64,000 nucleotides of DNA from Chthoniobacteraceae bacterium (GCA_044348365.1 JBIKSY010000001.1:9225-73224), one strand, 5' to 3'. Counted from the first letter of the stretch, positions 1 to 10,057 are shown. The notes: generated from the sequence alone by a model not told the origin. Translations and numbers: made by a program.

Positions 1-1
1 G

Positions 2-553
2 CAGGCGTTTTTGGTGGTTCTCGTCGCTTTGACGGTGCGGTTGTCTTTTTTTGGGAAGCGCGCGGAGGCGAGTTGGGCCGCCGCCGCCACCAGTCCTCGG
101 AAGTGGATGTGGGTGAGCGTTGTTGCGGTCTACTGCCAGCTCATCCTGGGAGCCTCGATGCGGCACCTCGGTGCGGGACTGGCCATTCCTACGTTTCCCG
201 CGGCGGATCCCTCCGGAAGCCTGCTGCCGGGCACCCACAATTTGTACACCGACCTGAATTTTGGACACACAAGGGTTGGTGCTGCCTGCGTGGTTGTGAT
301 TGTTTTGTGCGCCGTCTTTAAGGCTGCGCGGGCGATGCCCCGGGGCCACGGCGCGGTGTTTTGGGCGCGGATTGGGGGGCTGGTGGTTTGCTTACAGGCA
401 GTGCTTGGCGTGCTGGTGATCCTGCACCAGAAACCCAAAACCCTTGCGACTTTTCACGTGGTGCTTGGGGCAGCCTTGCTGTCAGCACTGACTGCGGTGT
501 TGGTTCACGTTTCCAGGGCCGAGGTCCCGTCGCATGAGGAGGGGTGGTCATGA
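2..553 (+). CDS. ctaA: heme A synthase (COX15/CtaA family), C-terminal part; 5' end lies outside the window
   Basis: Frame is open to the window edge. Polytopic hydrophobic protein with His-containing helices (ILGASMRHLGAGLAIP, FHVVLGAALL). Stop TGA 551-553 overlaps the ctaB ATG at 550. Sits in a heme a / oxidase assembly context. Confidence 0.7.
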   Translation, partial: QAFLVVLVALTVRLSFFGKRAEASWAAAATSPRKWMWVSVVAVYCQLILGASMRHLGAGLAIPTFPAADPSGSLLPGTHNLYTDLNFGHTRVGAACVVVIVLCAVFKAARAMPRGHGAVFWARIGGLVVCLQAVLGVLVILHQKPKTLATFHVVLGAALLSALTAVLVHVSRAEVPSHEEGWS

Positions 554-1470
554 AGCGCACGGATTCAGCGGCGGGGCCTGTGGTTGCCTTGGAGGCGGAC
601 GTGTCTGCTGGGACGACCGTGCTGGGCGACTTTGCAGTCCTCACCAAGGCCCGGTTGAGCCTGATGGTGGTTTTTACAACCGCGATCGGCTACGTCGTTG
701 GAGCAGCTGGGAGGCCGATTGGCTGGGGCTTGTTGTTCGCCGTACTCGGGACCTCGCTAGCGGCGGCCTCGGCTGGCGCGCTCAACCAGTGGATGGAGGC
801 GGACGTGGACCGGCTCATGGAACGGACCCGCAACCGGCCGCTGCCCGCTGGGAGGATGCGGCCGGTGCAGGCGCTGTGGGTTGGAATTGCCCTGGGGGTT
901 TTGGGTGTGGGTGAGCTCCTTTTGACACTGCCGCGGATGGCGGCCTGGCTCGCGCTTGCAACGATCGGGGTGTATCTGGTGTTGTACACTCCGCTGAAGC
1001 GGAAGAGTGCTTGGTGCACCTATGTCGGGGCGGTGTCCGGCGCCATCCCACCGGTGATTGGGTGGAGCGCAGCGGAGCCCACGGAGGCTTGGGGAGGCTG
1101 GGTGCTGTTTGGAATCTTGTTTCTCTGGCAGATCCCTCATTTTTTGGCGATTGCCTGGATGTACCGGGACGAGTACCGCGGCGCCGGCTTTGTGATGATC
1201 AAGTCCGACGACGAGGACGGCTTTGTAACCGCACTTCAGGCCTTTTGTTTTGCCCTGGCCCTTGCGGCAGTGACGTTGATCCCGGCTTGGATTGGGCAGG
1301 CCTCCGCCTTGTACCGCGGCGGGGCGGTTTTGCTGAACCTGCTTTTTTGCGGGTCCGCCCTGGTGTTTTTGCTCGAACGTTCGCGGGTGAGCGCCCGCAG
1401 GCTGTTTTTCATGTCCATCACCTTCCTGCCCGTCCTTCTCGGATTGCTGGCCTTTTCCCGGAGACCATGA
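550..1470 (+). CDS. ctaB: protoheme IX farnesyltransferase (heme O synthase, UbiA family)
   Basis: UbiA-type motif NQWMEADVDRLMERTRNRPLPAGRM, multiple TM helices, and the conserved WQIPHFLAIAWMYRDEY segment. ATGA overlap with ctaA; the stop overlaps the SCO1 start. Confidence 0.9.
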   Translation: MKRTDSAAGPVVALEADVSAGTTVLGDFAVLTKARLSLMVVFTTAIGYVVGAAGRPIGWGLLFAVLGTSLAAASAGALNQWMEADVDRLMERTRNRPLPAGRMRPVQALWVGIALGVLGVGELLLTLPRMAAWLALATIGVYLVLYTPLKRKSAWCTYVGAVSGAIPPVIGWSAAEPTEAWGGWVLFGILFLWQIPHFLAIAWMYRDEYRGAGFVMIKSDDEDGFVTALQAFCFALALAAVTLIPAWIGQASALYRGGAVLLNLLFCGSALVFLLERSRVSARRLFFMSITFLPVLLGLLAFSRRP

Positions 1471-2093
1471 AGCTGCCGCCCCTTTTACTCCTGACGGGGG
1501 TCCTTTGCCTCTGCGCCTGCAGGCCCCAGCCCCGGGGGGAGGCCGTGGCTGTCGGGCACGGCTCCGTCCAAGCAGAACGGCTGGCGCGCCTCTGGAAACG
1601 TCCCGATTTTGACTTCCTGGACCAGGACGCCCAGCCTTTCCGATCCTCGCAAATGGACGGCCGGGTGTGGGTGGTGGATTTTTTCTACACCACCTGTCCG
1701 GGCCCCTGTCCCGCCCTCAGCAGCCGACTGAGCGAGTTGCACCGGCGGTTCGCCGCCAACCCCGGCGTGGGATTTCTGTCCATCTCCTCCAATCCCGAGA
1801 AGGACCGGCCCGAGGTGCTGAAGCTCTACGCCGACAAGTTTGGCGCGGACGCGCGGTGGCGCTTTTTGACAGGGGACAAAGCTCAGATTTTTTCCGTCGC
1901 AAACGAGGGCTTCAAGATGGGGCTGACCGAAGGGTCGGCGGACGGGGAACCGGTCACCCACAGCACGCGCCTGCTTTTGGTCGACGCAGAGGGTTGGGTG
2001 CGCGGAATTTACGAAGGAGCAGGGGAGGAGTCCGAGGAGGCTTCGAGCCGTCTGGTTGCCGACATTGAAACCTTAAGCAAAGGAGCGAAATGA
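1467..2093 (+). CDS. SCO1/SenC copper chaperone (thioredoxin fold), probable lipoprotein
   Basis: ATG 1467 overlaps the ctaB stop (ATGA). Lipobox-like N-terminus LLLTGVLCLCAC. CPGPC motif in FFYTTCPGPCP and a downstream conserved His (VTHSTRLLLVD). The 1011-1466 part of the listed ORF is an out-of-frame overlap with ctaB and was not called. Confidence 0.85.
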   Translation: MKLPPLLLLTGVLCLCACRPQPRGEAVAVGHGSVQAERLARLWKRPDFDFLDQDAQPFRSSQMDGRVWVVDFFYTTCPGPCPALSSRLSELHRRFAANPGVGFLSISSNPEKDRPEVLKLYADKFGADARWRFLTGDKAQIFSVANEGFKMGLTEGSADGEPVTHSTRLLLVDAEGWVRGIYEGAGEESEEASSRLVADIETLSKGAK

Positions 2094-2524
2094 ACGTTCA
2101 GGAACTGCCGCTGCTCAACGCCTCACTCAACACCCTGGCCACCCTCCTGATTGTCGCGGGCCTCATTGCCATCAAGGCGGAACGCAAAAGTCTTCACCGC
2201 ATCCTGATGGGGGGCGCCATCGTGGTGTCCGCAGCGTTTCTGACGTCGTACCTGATCTACCATTTTAACGTGGTGGCCGTCACTAGGTTCACCCACACCG
2301 GTTGGCCGAAGACGCTGTACTATTTCATCCTGATCACGCACGTGCCGTTGGCGGCCTTGGTGCCCCCGCTTCTTGCGCTCACGATCGTGCCCGCAATCAA
2401 GGGGCGTTACGAGGCGCACAAGCGTTGGGCGCGGATCACCGCCCCCGTGTGGTTGTATGTTTCCGTGACGGGTGTCCTGGTATATTTGATGTTGTACGTT
2501 TGGTATCCGCCCGTTGTGGGCTGA
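2090..2524 (+). CDS. DUF420 family membrane protein (oxidase-assembly associated)
   Basis: About 144 aa with four predicted TM helices. Resembles DUF420 (LNASLNTLATLLIVAGLIAIK..., HKRWARITAPVWLYVSVTGVLVY). ATGA overlap with the SCO1 stop. Confidence 0.75.
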   Translation: MNVQELPLLNASLNTLATLLIVAGLIAIKAERKSLHRILMGGAIVVSAAFLTSYLIYHFNVVAVTRFTHTGWPKTLYYFILITHVPLAALVPPLLALTIVPAIKGRYEAHKRWARITAPVWLYVSVTGVLVYLMLYVWYPPVVG

Positions 2525-2552
2525 GCCGCGTCCCGCCTTTTTTCAAAACCTC

Positions 2553-3725
2553 ATGGAAGCCACACACCCAAACCTCGAACCGTCCCGGGAGAAAGGGAAA
2601 CTGCCCCGCGTGCTGGTGGGTATGAGCGGAGGGGTGGATTCGTCCGTGGCGGTGTGGCTTTTGAAGGAACAGGGCTACGAAGTCGTCGGCGTGACGATGA
2701 AGGTCTGGCCCCAGGACTGCATGTCGCGGGCCGAGGACAAGTGCTGCGGGCCGCAGGCGATTGCAGACGCGCGTGGCGTGGCACACGCCCTGGGTGTCGC
2801 GCACTACGTGGTGGACGAGGCGGACGCCTTTGAACGGCAGGTCATTGACTATTTCACGGCGGAATACCGGGCGGGGCGCACCCCGAACCCCTGTGTCATG
2901 TGCAACGAGAAGGTGAAGTTTGGAAACCTCTGGGCCAAGGCAAAGGCGGTGGGGGCCGAGTACATCGCCACGGGCCACTATGCAATGGTGGACCACCTTC
3001 CGGAACGCTCCGTGCTGCGCAAAGGCAAGGATCCCCGCAAAGACCAGAGCTACTTTCTCTTCAGTCTCAGGCAGGAGCAGTTGAGCCGTTCGCTGTTTCC
3101 CTTGGGCGGGATGGAAAAGCCGGAGATCCGTGCGATCGCCCGCAAACTGGGCCTGAAGACGGCCGACAAGGTGGACAGTCAGGAGATCTGTTTTGTGCCC
3201 GGAAACGATTACAAGGCGTTTCTCAAGTCGCACCTGGGCACCACCGAGTTTCAGCCGGGCGGGATCTTTGACAAACACGGCAACCGGCTCGCCGAGCACG
3301 AGGGGATCGAGATGTACACCATCGGGCAGCGCAAGGGCCTTCCCGGAGGTTCCCCCAAGCCTGTGTACGTGATTGATATAGATCCTGAAACACGCAGCGT
3401 GGTCGTGGGGGACGCCGAGGATCTTGTTCTTGGAGAGTTTGAGATCGACCATTGCCACTGGAACCTGGCCTCGGCCGAAGCCGGTGAGCCGTTTCCCTGC
3501 ATCGTTAAAATCCGGTATGCGCATCCAGGCGCAGAGGCTTGGGTTTTTCCCGGGGCCGACGGGCGGGCTCTGGTCAGACTTAAGGAACCGCAAAGAGCTG
3601 TGACCCCAGGACAGGCCGCTGTCTGCTATCAGGCGGATGCTGTGGTGGGTGGCGGCTGGATTGCCCGCGGAATCACAGGGCAGGCAAAACTGAGTGTAGC
3701 GGCGGGTGTTACCGTGGCGGGTTAA
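2553..3725 (+). CDS. mnmA: tRNA-specific 2-thiouridylase MnmA
   Basis: PP-loop VLVGMSGGVDSSVA, NPCVMCN motif, KDQSYFL motif. ATG at 2553 chosen over the upstream alternative start. Confidence 0.9.
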   Translation: MEATHPNLEPSREKGKLPRVLVGMSGGVDSSVAVWLLKEQGYEVVGVTMKVWPQDCMSRAEDKCCGPQAIADARGVAHALGVAHYVVDEADAFERQVIDYFTAEYRAGRTPNPCVMCNEKVKFGNLWAKAKAVGAEYIATGHYAMVDHLPERSVLRKGKDPRKDQSYFLFSLRQEQLSRSLFPLGGMEKPEIRAIARKLGLKTADKVDSQEICFVPGNDYKAFLKSHLGTTEFQPGGIFDKHGNRLAEHEGIEMYTIGQRKGLPGGSPKPVYVIDIDPETRSVVVGDAEDLVLGEFEIDHCHWNLASAEAGEPFPCIVKIRYAHPGAEAWVFPGADGRALVRLKEPQRAVTPGQAAVCYQADAVVGGGWIARGITGQAKLSVAAGVTVAG

Positions 3726-3805
3726 GAAGGCGGAACCAGCAGTCTGCACTTCCCCTAGCGATCAGAGTGAAATTGCATTGAGTGGTTCTGGAAACCCATA
3801 CAGGT

Positions 3806-4537
3806 ATGACCGCCTCTTTGTCCGTCCAGCGCTTGGCGCGGAAATTCCCCGCCTTGTCCGGCGTCTCCCTTGCGGTTTTGGCCCTTGCTTTGGTGCCGGG
3901 CACGCGACTTGCTGCGCAGGATAGCCGTCCGCAGGTGGAGCGCTCCCGCGGGCCGCGACCGGTAATGGTCAAAGTTCCTTACGTCGGGCTCCGCAGCGAG
4001 GAGGCTCCGGAGGCGTTGAGCCATCATTTACCCATTCCGCGTGGGTTTGGACTGCTCGTCACCGAGGTTGTGAAGGAGTCGCCGGCAGCCGACGCCGGAA
4101 TACAGCGCTACGACGTACTTTTGCGTTGTGGCGACCAGCGGTTGGCAAACTCCGGCCAGCTGAACGCCTTGGTCCGGGCTCGGAAGCCCGGAGAAACGAT
4201 GCGCCTGACCGTGTTTCGCGCCGGCAAGGAGTGGGACGTCAACCTCATCCTCTGGGAGACCGAGGAGCCAGAGGGAACGGTGGGGGAGCCCCCGGGGGCA
4301 GCGCGAGGCAGGAGCGGGCGGCAACTCCGGCAACCCACAGAAAGGGTCCGCCGTCCGGAGGGGCCGGAAATGGATTTGAGCGCAGGGGCTGCGTTTTCAA
4401 GGGAGTTGCTTGAAAAGACCGAACGCATGGGGGACGAGGCGCTGCGGAAATTCCGGGAGATCGAGCCTTTTCAATTTCTACAACCCCCGTCGCAGCCGGG
4501 CGTGCAGGCGGCTCCTGAACGAGCAGTCCCCAAATAA
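3806..4537 (+). CDS. secreted PDZ domain protein
   Basis: Signal-like N-terminus (LSGVSLAVLALALVPGTRLAAQ). PDZ-like core GFGLLVTEVVKESPAADAGIQRYDVLLRCGDQRL...GETMRLTVFRAGKE. Charged, low-complexity C-terminus. Confidence 0.6.
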   Translation: MTASLSVQRLARKFPALSGVSLAVLALALVPGTRLAAQDSRPQVERSRGPRPVMVKVPYVGLRSEEAPEALSHHLPIPRGFGLLVTEVVKESPAADAGIQRYDVLLRCGDQRLANSGQLNALVRARKPGETMRLTVFRAGKEWDVNLILWETEEPEGTVGEPPGAARGRSGRQLRQPTERVRRPEGPEMDLSAGAAFSRELLEKTERMGDEALRKFREIEPFQFLQPPSQPGVQAAPERAVPK

Positions 4538-4642
4538 GTCCCCGGCAAAGAGAAGGCTCATGCGGTAAAAGCACAGCCGGCCGGCCGAGGCCGCCCAAGT
4601 CCTGCGGTCAGACGCCGTATCGATCCGAGGGGCACTTGCAGC

Positions 4643-5980
4643 TTACCTGCTCGCAGGAGTGTGGACGATGAAGCTGTCGATCCCGAGATTTCCCGGGTCG
4701 CCCTCTATTCGGAGCACGTGTTGGGTATTTGCACAGCCCTGCAGCAGAACGGTTTGGGCGTCGAGTGGCATGGTGTGGTAAAGCGGCGTGGCCGTCTGGT
4801 AGGTGCTCCACCTGACTTGGAAGCCCTCTGGCAGCGACTTCTTCCGGTAACTCAGCGGCCATGCCACGTGCCAGTCGGAGGACTCCACCACCACCCGGCC
4901 CGAGGGGGACACGAACCGCTGGTCGCTCCAGCCTTCACCGTCCGCGCCTGTCACGGAGCCTTCCAACTTGAAGTGGAGCTTTTTACCGTCCGGGGCGGAG
5001 TCGGGGAGCAGGCTCAGGGTCCATTTTTGTACGCCGGGTGGCTGCTCAAAACGCACCTGTCTGATGGCGGGCATCCAGATGAACGGACCCGGGCTGGGCA
5101 GCGTGGCCGCCCACATTTCCAAATTGGCTGCAAGCGGTTGGCCGTCGAGTGAGAGCGGACTCTCGGCGTTCGGAGCACCTTTGCCATCGGAAACCGCCAC
5201 GACCCGGTTTCCCACAAAGGGCAGCTCGAACGCGCCGTCGGCGTTCCGTCGGAGCGAGGCCGGTGCGATTTTTTCGATCCGGCCGCTGGAGGGCGCGCCG
5301 TTGCCGAGGCCGGGCTGGCGCACCAACTCTTCGCGGACAAACCGTGCCATGAGCGCGCAGCCCGCGTCGTTCAGGTGGATGTGGTCTCTCAGCAGGTCTT
5401 TTGCCGGCAATTGCTGTGCCGCGAGGTGTGCCCGCCATTTCGCCCGCAGGTCAATGAGCATGCAGTCGTACTTTTTGGCCACCTCGATAATCTGCGCGGA
5501 ATGGGAGTCGTCGCTGTCGTCGATCTTGTCCTGGTTCGCCTGTTTCACGTGGATGTGGTCCGTGGTCAAGACGATCTCGGCGGTAGTGCGCTGCCGGGTG
5601 TTTCGGATGATTTCCTCGTATTGTTCGATTGGACCGTACACGTGGAAGATCAGGAGGTCGGGGTACCACGGATACAGGTCGTGCTCTGCGGTGCGCACCA
5701 GGGCTGGGGAGGTAAATCCGCCGATGGCCGGGTTGTGAAACTCAAAAACGACGGAGGGAAAGCGCTGCCGTAGGTCCTTCTCGACGGTTTTGGTCCACGA
5801 CTGGGCGGTGATGGATTGGCCGTAAAAAAGCACCCGCAGCCTGCCTGGGCACTCCGGTGTGGAGTCGTTAAGCTGCCGCATGGCGCGCTGGATGAAAGCG
5901 GCGCTTGGGTTCTCCAAGGCTCGGGCGTTAACCAGGGGAAGCAGCCATAGAAGCAGGGTATAGAGGAGCAGTTTCGGCAT
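4643..5980 (-). CDS. secreted SGNH/GDSL-type hydrolase with C-terminal beta-rich domain
   Basis: Start at MPKLLLYTLLLWLLPLVNA (signal peptide). Block I-like FYGQSIT, GG block (NPAIGGF), and late DHIHLN (block V DxxH). The upstream 101 codons of the listed ORF have no signal peptide and were not called. Confidence 0.65.
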   Translation of the reverse strand: MPKLLLYTLLLWLLPLVNARALENPSAAFIQRAMRQLNDSTPECPGRLRVLFYGQSITAQSWTKTVEKDLRQRFPSVVFEFHNPAIGGFTSPALVRTAEHDLYPWYPDLLIFHVYGPIEQYEEIIRNTRQRTTAEIVLTTDHIHVKQANQDKIDDSDDSHSAQIIEVAKKYDCMLIDLRAKWRAHLAAQQLPAKDLLRDHIHLNDAGCALMARFVREELVRQPGLGNGAPSSGRIEKIAPASLRRNADGAFELPFVGNRVVAVSDGKGAPNAESPLSLDGQPLAANLEMWAATLPSPGPFIWMPAIRQVRFEQPPGVQKWTLSLLPDSAPDGKKLHFKLEGSVTGADGEGWSDQRFVSPSGRVVVESSDWHVAWPLSYRKKSLPEGFQVRWSTYQTATPLYHTMPLDAQTVLLQGCANTQHVLRIEGDPGNLGIDSFIVHTPASR

Positions 5981-6218
5981 GGTGAGGGGGTTCAGGGAGT
6001 TTTCGGGAGCTTCCAGAGGCTTGACGGCGGGTCGGTGGAAGTGGCTAGAGGAACACACCAGGGACAGGGAGGCAACTCGCTCGGAATCAGTTTTGCGTCG
6101 AGCAATTCGGAGTCGATGGTCTTGGGCACCGCAGTGCCGCACTTGGCCCGGGGCCAGCCGGGTGTCCTCTCCGAGCGAAATCCTGCGCAGCGCGGGCCCT
6201 GTTTCGACGCTCCAAAAC

Positions 6219-7451
6219 TCAGGGCTTCCCGGGCCTGCGCATTTCCAGGTTGGCTTCAGCGAACGCTTTGCCCATGAGCGCAAAGGTCTTTGCGCAGCCC
6301 AGATAGTGGTAGCCGGCGTTTGACGCGCCGCGTTTCCAGAGGGCGAGCTCCGCGGGCGAAATCAGCTTGGACTCAAACGCTCTCAAATGATCGGCCTTCT
6401 GGGCGTCGCTCATGCCGCCGTCCGCATTGGCGTGGTCCTTGTGCTTTGAATCCAAGTAGAATCGCATCTGCCGCACCTGGTCATATTTGTCCGCGATGGC
6501 GCCGAGTTCCTCGGCCCAAAACGGCGCGGTTTGCACGGCGACGACGTTGCCGGCAAACTCCGGCAACCGCGCCGGGGCCGTCATGGCTTCACGGAAGGCC
6601 AGCGAATCTGCCCCCGCCTTCGCGCCGCCGACGCCCATCACGCCAATGACGAAGGGCAGCCCCGGCGCGTCCAGGTCCCGCCGTACATCGCGGATGAAAT
6701 GCGCGAGCAGCTCCGAGTAGAGGGCGAAGCGGTCCCCCGTGTTGCGGGCCGGATAAACATGGGAGTCGACCGCGTCGTTCCAGCCCTGCAGCCAGACAAA
6801 GCCCCCCAGCTCGTATCCCTGTGCGGGATCGTACTCCGGGCAGACCCGTTTGATGTCGGACAGGACCTTTTTGACGTGGGAAACCAGCAGGCCGTAGTAG
6901 TGCCCCGTCTCCTTTTTCTTGTCCGCCTGCCACTGTGCGAAATCCTTGGGAATACCGTGCCCCTCCTGCCTGGGATACATTTCCTTCTGAAAGGAACTGA
7001 GCTGGTAGGGACCTGCGCTTGGCGGCCGGAAGTCCGTATGCAAACTCTTGCCGCCCCACGCGGCCTTGATGAGCAGGACGGGCTCCTCAAACGCGGCGTC
7101 CATGGTGAGGCCGAAGGTGAATTCGGGGCCAATCTTGCCCCCGTCCTGTTCGGGATTTCTGCGCGACCCGTAACCGGCGGTGAGTTTGCCAAAGCCCTCT
7201 CCGTTCTGGTCGCCGGTGCCCGTGAAAAAAGAAATCCACGCCCGCTCGCACACCCTTGGTTTTCCGTCCGGGCCGAGCATCTGCTTAAGCAGCGGCGCGG
7301 TGGCCGGATCGTCGCCAATGTAGTCAAAGGTCTCGGTTTTGGCGTGGCCCTCCATGTTGGACTGGCCCGCGAGGATGAACACTTGGAGGGGCTTTGCGTG
7401 GGAGGGAAGCGCAAGTGCGGCAACCGTTGCGAGGAGGAGTGCGAGCTTCAT
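6219..7451 (-). CDS. sialate O-acetylesterase-like carbohydrate esterase (SASA/DUF303 family)
   Basis: Signal peptide, then the hallmark FILAGQSNMEG motif, then WLQGWND downstream. Confidence 0.7.
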   Translation of the reverse strand: MKLALLLATVAALALPSHAKPLQVFILAGQSNMEGHAKTETFDYIGDDPATAPLLKQMLGPDGKPRVCERAWISFFTGTGDQNGEGFGKLTAGYGSRRNPEQDGGKIGPEFTFGLTMDAAFEEPVLLIKAAWGGKSLHTDFRPPSAGPYQLSSFQKEMYPRQEGHGIPKDFAQWQADKKKETGHYYGLLVSHVKKVLSDIKRVCPEYDPAQGYELGGFVWLQGWNDAVDSHVYPARNTGDRFALYSELLAHFIRDVRRDLDAPGLPFVIGVMGVGGAKAGADSLAFREAMTAPARLPEFAGNVVAVQTAPFWAEELGAIADKYDQVRQMRFYLDSKHKDHANADGGMSDAQKADHLRAFESKLISPAELALWKRGASNAGYHYLGCAKTFALMGKAFAEANLEMRRPGKP

Positions 7452-7474
7452 GGTCTTGTGAGTGGCGGCCGATC

Positions 7475-9916
7475 CTATCCCTGTTTGAGATGGACGAGCT
7501 CCGGAGTTTCGGTTGCGGCCTCGATCGCACTGACCGCGGCCCGGACGCTTTGGGCCTTCACAAGCATCAGGTGCTTGGGGAAGTCCTTTTCGTCCCGTTC
7601 AAAGTAATCGCCAAGCTGTCTGAGCTCCGGAAGCACCGCCTTCGCATGGGCGCCGTACGTCAGCAGAATCTTCATCAGTTCCGGAGTCCTGTTCTGGCTG
7701 CTCCACGGATTCTGGTCGCGCGCGTACTGCACGCAGGCGCTCATGCCCTCGGCAATCCGGTGTTTGGCCAGAAGCTGTAGCCCCTCGACGCGGATGCCGT
7801 CGGCGAACATCTCGCCGCTGGGGGCCGGCTCCAGGATGGCCTGATAGATCGCCGGCAGCAGCGGCCTGATCTCCTCCTCCGAGAGGTTCCTGTAGACCGA
7901 GCCGAGGCTGCCCCGGGCGCGCCCGTCTTGGTTTTTGAGGCCGGCCCTCACCGCCTTGTAGAGCGCCTCGCGATCCACCCCTTCCAGCGAGCGGGCAAGC
8001 AGACCATTCCGGGTTTCGAAGAGTGCAAAGGAAAGGTAGCGCTGTTCCATGCCGCGCGGATCTTTTTGCGGATCGACCCGCGCCAGTAGTTCTAGGATTT
8101 CAGGGACGCATTGCAGGGCAGGGGCTCCAATCGCCGCAAGCGCCTCAGCCGCCTTGATGCGCAGCCACAGATCATTTTCGGAGAGGAGCGTCCGAAGCGC
8201 ATCCACGGCCGGCGCACCCTTTCCGCGCAAGGCAATCAGGGCTTCGCAGGCCCCGTAGCGGGCGTTCAGGTCCGGTGCCTTGAGCATGTCGAGCAGTGCC
8301 GGAAGGACCTCGCCCTTGCGCCGGCCGAGGCCCGCCGCGGCCCGCTCGCGGACTGTAGGCGACCAGCTTCCGAGCCGCGCCAGCAGCATGTCATCTCCGA
8401 GAGCGTCGTAGGCGCTGTGCCGGTCCTTGTTGCTCCAGCCGCGTCCGTCGAGGATGAGCGCCTGCGCGGCAGCGGCCGTGAGTTGGGGTGCGCCGCCCGG
8501 GCGTTTGCCGGTGAGGCGGATTTTTTTCAGGGGCATTGCATGGGCGAGCAGGTAGGCACCGGTGCAGTCCCACCCCGCATAGCTGTCGTTGTTGGGCTCG
8601 GGCGGGCCCTGGTGGGCGAAGCCGCCGTCCCACCGGCGCGCCAGATCAAAATACCAGCCCCCAAACTCCTGCATCCAGGCCCCCGTGGCTTGTGGGCCGG
8701 ACTGGGCGACGCCGGGGACCGCCCAGAGCAGGTTGAAGAAGTTGCCGGTGTGGCCGGTGTCGCGTTCGGCGCCGTGGGAGGCGGTGCTCATGCGGGAGAA
8801 AAATTCCGCGCCCTTGGCTTCGCCCAGCAGGCTGAAAAGGACGGCGGCCATCCCACACTTGCCGTTGTCGTCGTGGGTCTGCGTCCAGGGATGGTGGTCG
8901 CCGTAGGGGACCGCCCCCTTGCCAATGTAAAAGCGCAGCAGCGCGGCGCTGCGTTCGATCGCAAGGTCCAGTGCGGGGTCCTTCACCCCGGCTTCCCGGG
9001 CCAGCACCAGCCCAATGGTCAGCGGGATGCCGGGGGAGTTCATCATCCCATAGCCGAAAAGCCGACCGTCCGGCCTTGCAAACTTGTGGCCCCACGACCC
9101 GACGGCGCTCTGGCCCCTGGCAGTCTCAAGCGCGAGCCGCTGCAAACCCGGAAGGACGCTGGAGTCCCCGGTAGCCAGGACATACTCGGAAAGCAGCGTC
9201 ATCACATAGCCATACAGCCAGGACTGCATGTCCCCGGTGGAAAAGTCCGAAGCCCATTGCGCCTCCTTTTTCACCAGGGACAGATGGGCGGGGTCGCCTC
9301 CGGCAAGCAGAGCCAGTGCGTTGAGCGAGCGGGTGATGGGGCGCTGTTTGTTTGCGTAGTCCGGAGTGGCCATCTGTGCGGCGAGCAGCCGGCAGCCCTG
9401 CTCGAAGATGCGCTCCGACTTGGGACAGGCGTAAGGCGCGGTGGCACCGTAGCTGCCGAGCACGGCCAGGCGCACCACCACCTGTTCCTCCGCTCCGGCC
9501 CGCCAGCGCGTTAGCGCGAGGTTTCCGCCTCCTGTGTCCGACTCGGCGGCGGAGAGTGCCTTTCCCAACTCGGTGCGCGGGTCATACCCAAACGGCCTGC
9601 CGCCCACGCCCAGAAGGACATCGCCGACGGCAAGGACGCCATCGGCGGGAGAGCCGCGGTCAACCTGAGTGATCGCGATCTGGCGGGCGTCGCTGGTGAC
9701 CATCTTGTCGCAGTACATCCAGCCGCGAGCCCCGGTGGCTCCAAGATTCCAGTCGTGTTTGGCGCCGAGGGGGAGGGTTCCGCCCTTGGTGAAGTCGGGC
9801 GCCACCGCCGGTTGCCGGTCGGCCGGGGCTGCTGCCGCAGCAGACGTCGAAGCCGCGGTCAGGGCGGCCAGAGCGATGAACAGGAGCGGGAGTGGGGGCT
9901 GCTTGGAGTGCGACAT
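7475..9916 (-). CDS. large secreted protein: PDZ-like N-domain + DUF6288-like alpha/alpha region + C-terminal HEAT repeats
   Basis: Start at MSHSKQPPLPLLFIALAALTAAS (signal). PDZ-like VDRGSPADGVLAVGDVLLGVGG. HEAT/PBS-like repeats (VRERAAAGLG..., LNARYGACEALIAL, LWLRIKAAEALAAIG). Confidence 0.6.
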   Translation of the reverse strand: MSHSKQPPLPLLFIALAALTAASTSAAAAAPADRQPAVAPDFTKGGTLPLGAKHDWNLGATGARGWMYCDKMVTSDARQIAITQVDRGSPADGVLAVGDVLLGVGGRPFGYDPRTELGKALSAAESDTGGGNLALTRWRAGAEEQVVVRLAVLGSYGATAPYACPKSERIFEQGCRLLAAQMATPDYANKQRPITRSLNALALLAGGDPAHLSLVKKEAQWASDFSTGDMQSWLYGYVMTLLSEYVLATGDSSVLPGLQRLALETARGQSAVGSWGHKFARPDGRLFGYGMMNSPGIPLTIGLVLAREAGVKDPALDLAIERSAALLRFYIGKGAVPYGDHHPWTQTHDDNGKCGMAAVLFSLLGEAKGAEFFSRMSTASHGAERDTGHTGNFFNLLWAVPGVAQSGPQATGAWMQEFGGWYFDLARRWDGGFAHQGPPEPNNDSYAGWDCTGAYLLAHAMPLKKIRLTGKRPGGAPQLTAAAAQALILDGRGWSNKDRHSAYDALGDDMLLARLGSWSPTVRERAAAGLGRRKGEVLPALLDMLKAPDLNARYGACEALIALRGKGAPAVDALRTLLSENDLWLRIKAAEALAAIGAPALQCVPEILELLARVDPQKDPRGMEQRYLSFALFETRNGLLARSLEGVDREALYKAVRAGLKNQDGRARGSLGSVYRNLSEEEIRPLLPAIYQAILEPAPSGEMFADGIRVEGLQLLAKHRIAEGMSACVQYARDQNPWSSQNRTPELMKILLTYGAHAKAVLPELRQLGDYFERDEKDFPKHLMLVKAQSVRAAVSAIEAATETPELVHLKQG

Positions 9917-10057
9917 TGGGGGGAAGCAGGGGTTGGGGAGACAGTGGGCAAGATCGGCCCACGTCACACGTCGAACAGCAATGCCGTGTCCTCTATCCTT
10001 CCGGTGAAGAAACGGCAGATGGCTTTCGGCGCGGTTTTGGCCGCGCTTTCCGGCCGC

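Noticed and set aside
1011-1466. 5' extension of the SCO1 ORF (the 360-aa version)
   Set aside because: It overlaps ctaB in another frame and its sequence is Arg/Gly-rich nonsense. The lipoprotein-like start at 1467, with an ATGA overlap to ctaB, is the natural start.
2436-3749. 437-aa minus-strand ORF covering the whole mnmA locus
   Set aside because: It is antisense to a gene with unmistakable MnmA motifs. Its translation is Arg/Gly/Pro/His-rich with no recognisable domain, which is the typical high-GC shadow ORF.
8111-9514. 467-aa plus-strand ORF inside the DUF6288/HEAT gene
   Set aside because: It is antisense to a protein with coherent PDZ and HEAT features. No motifs were found; high-GC artefact.
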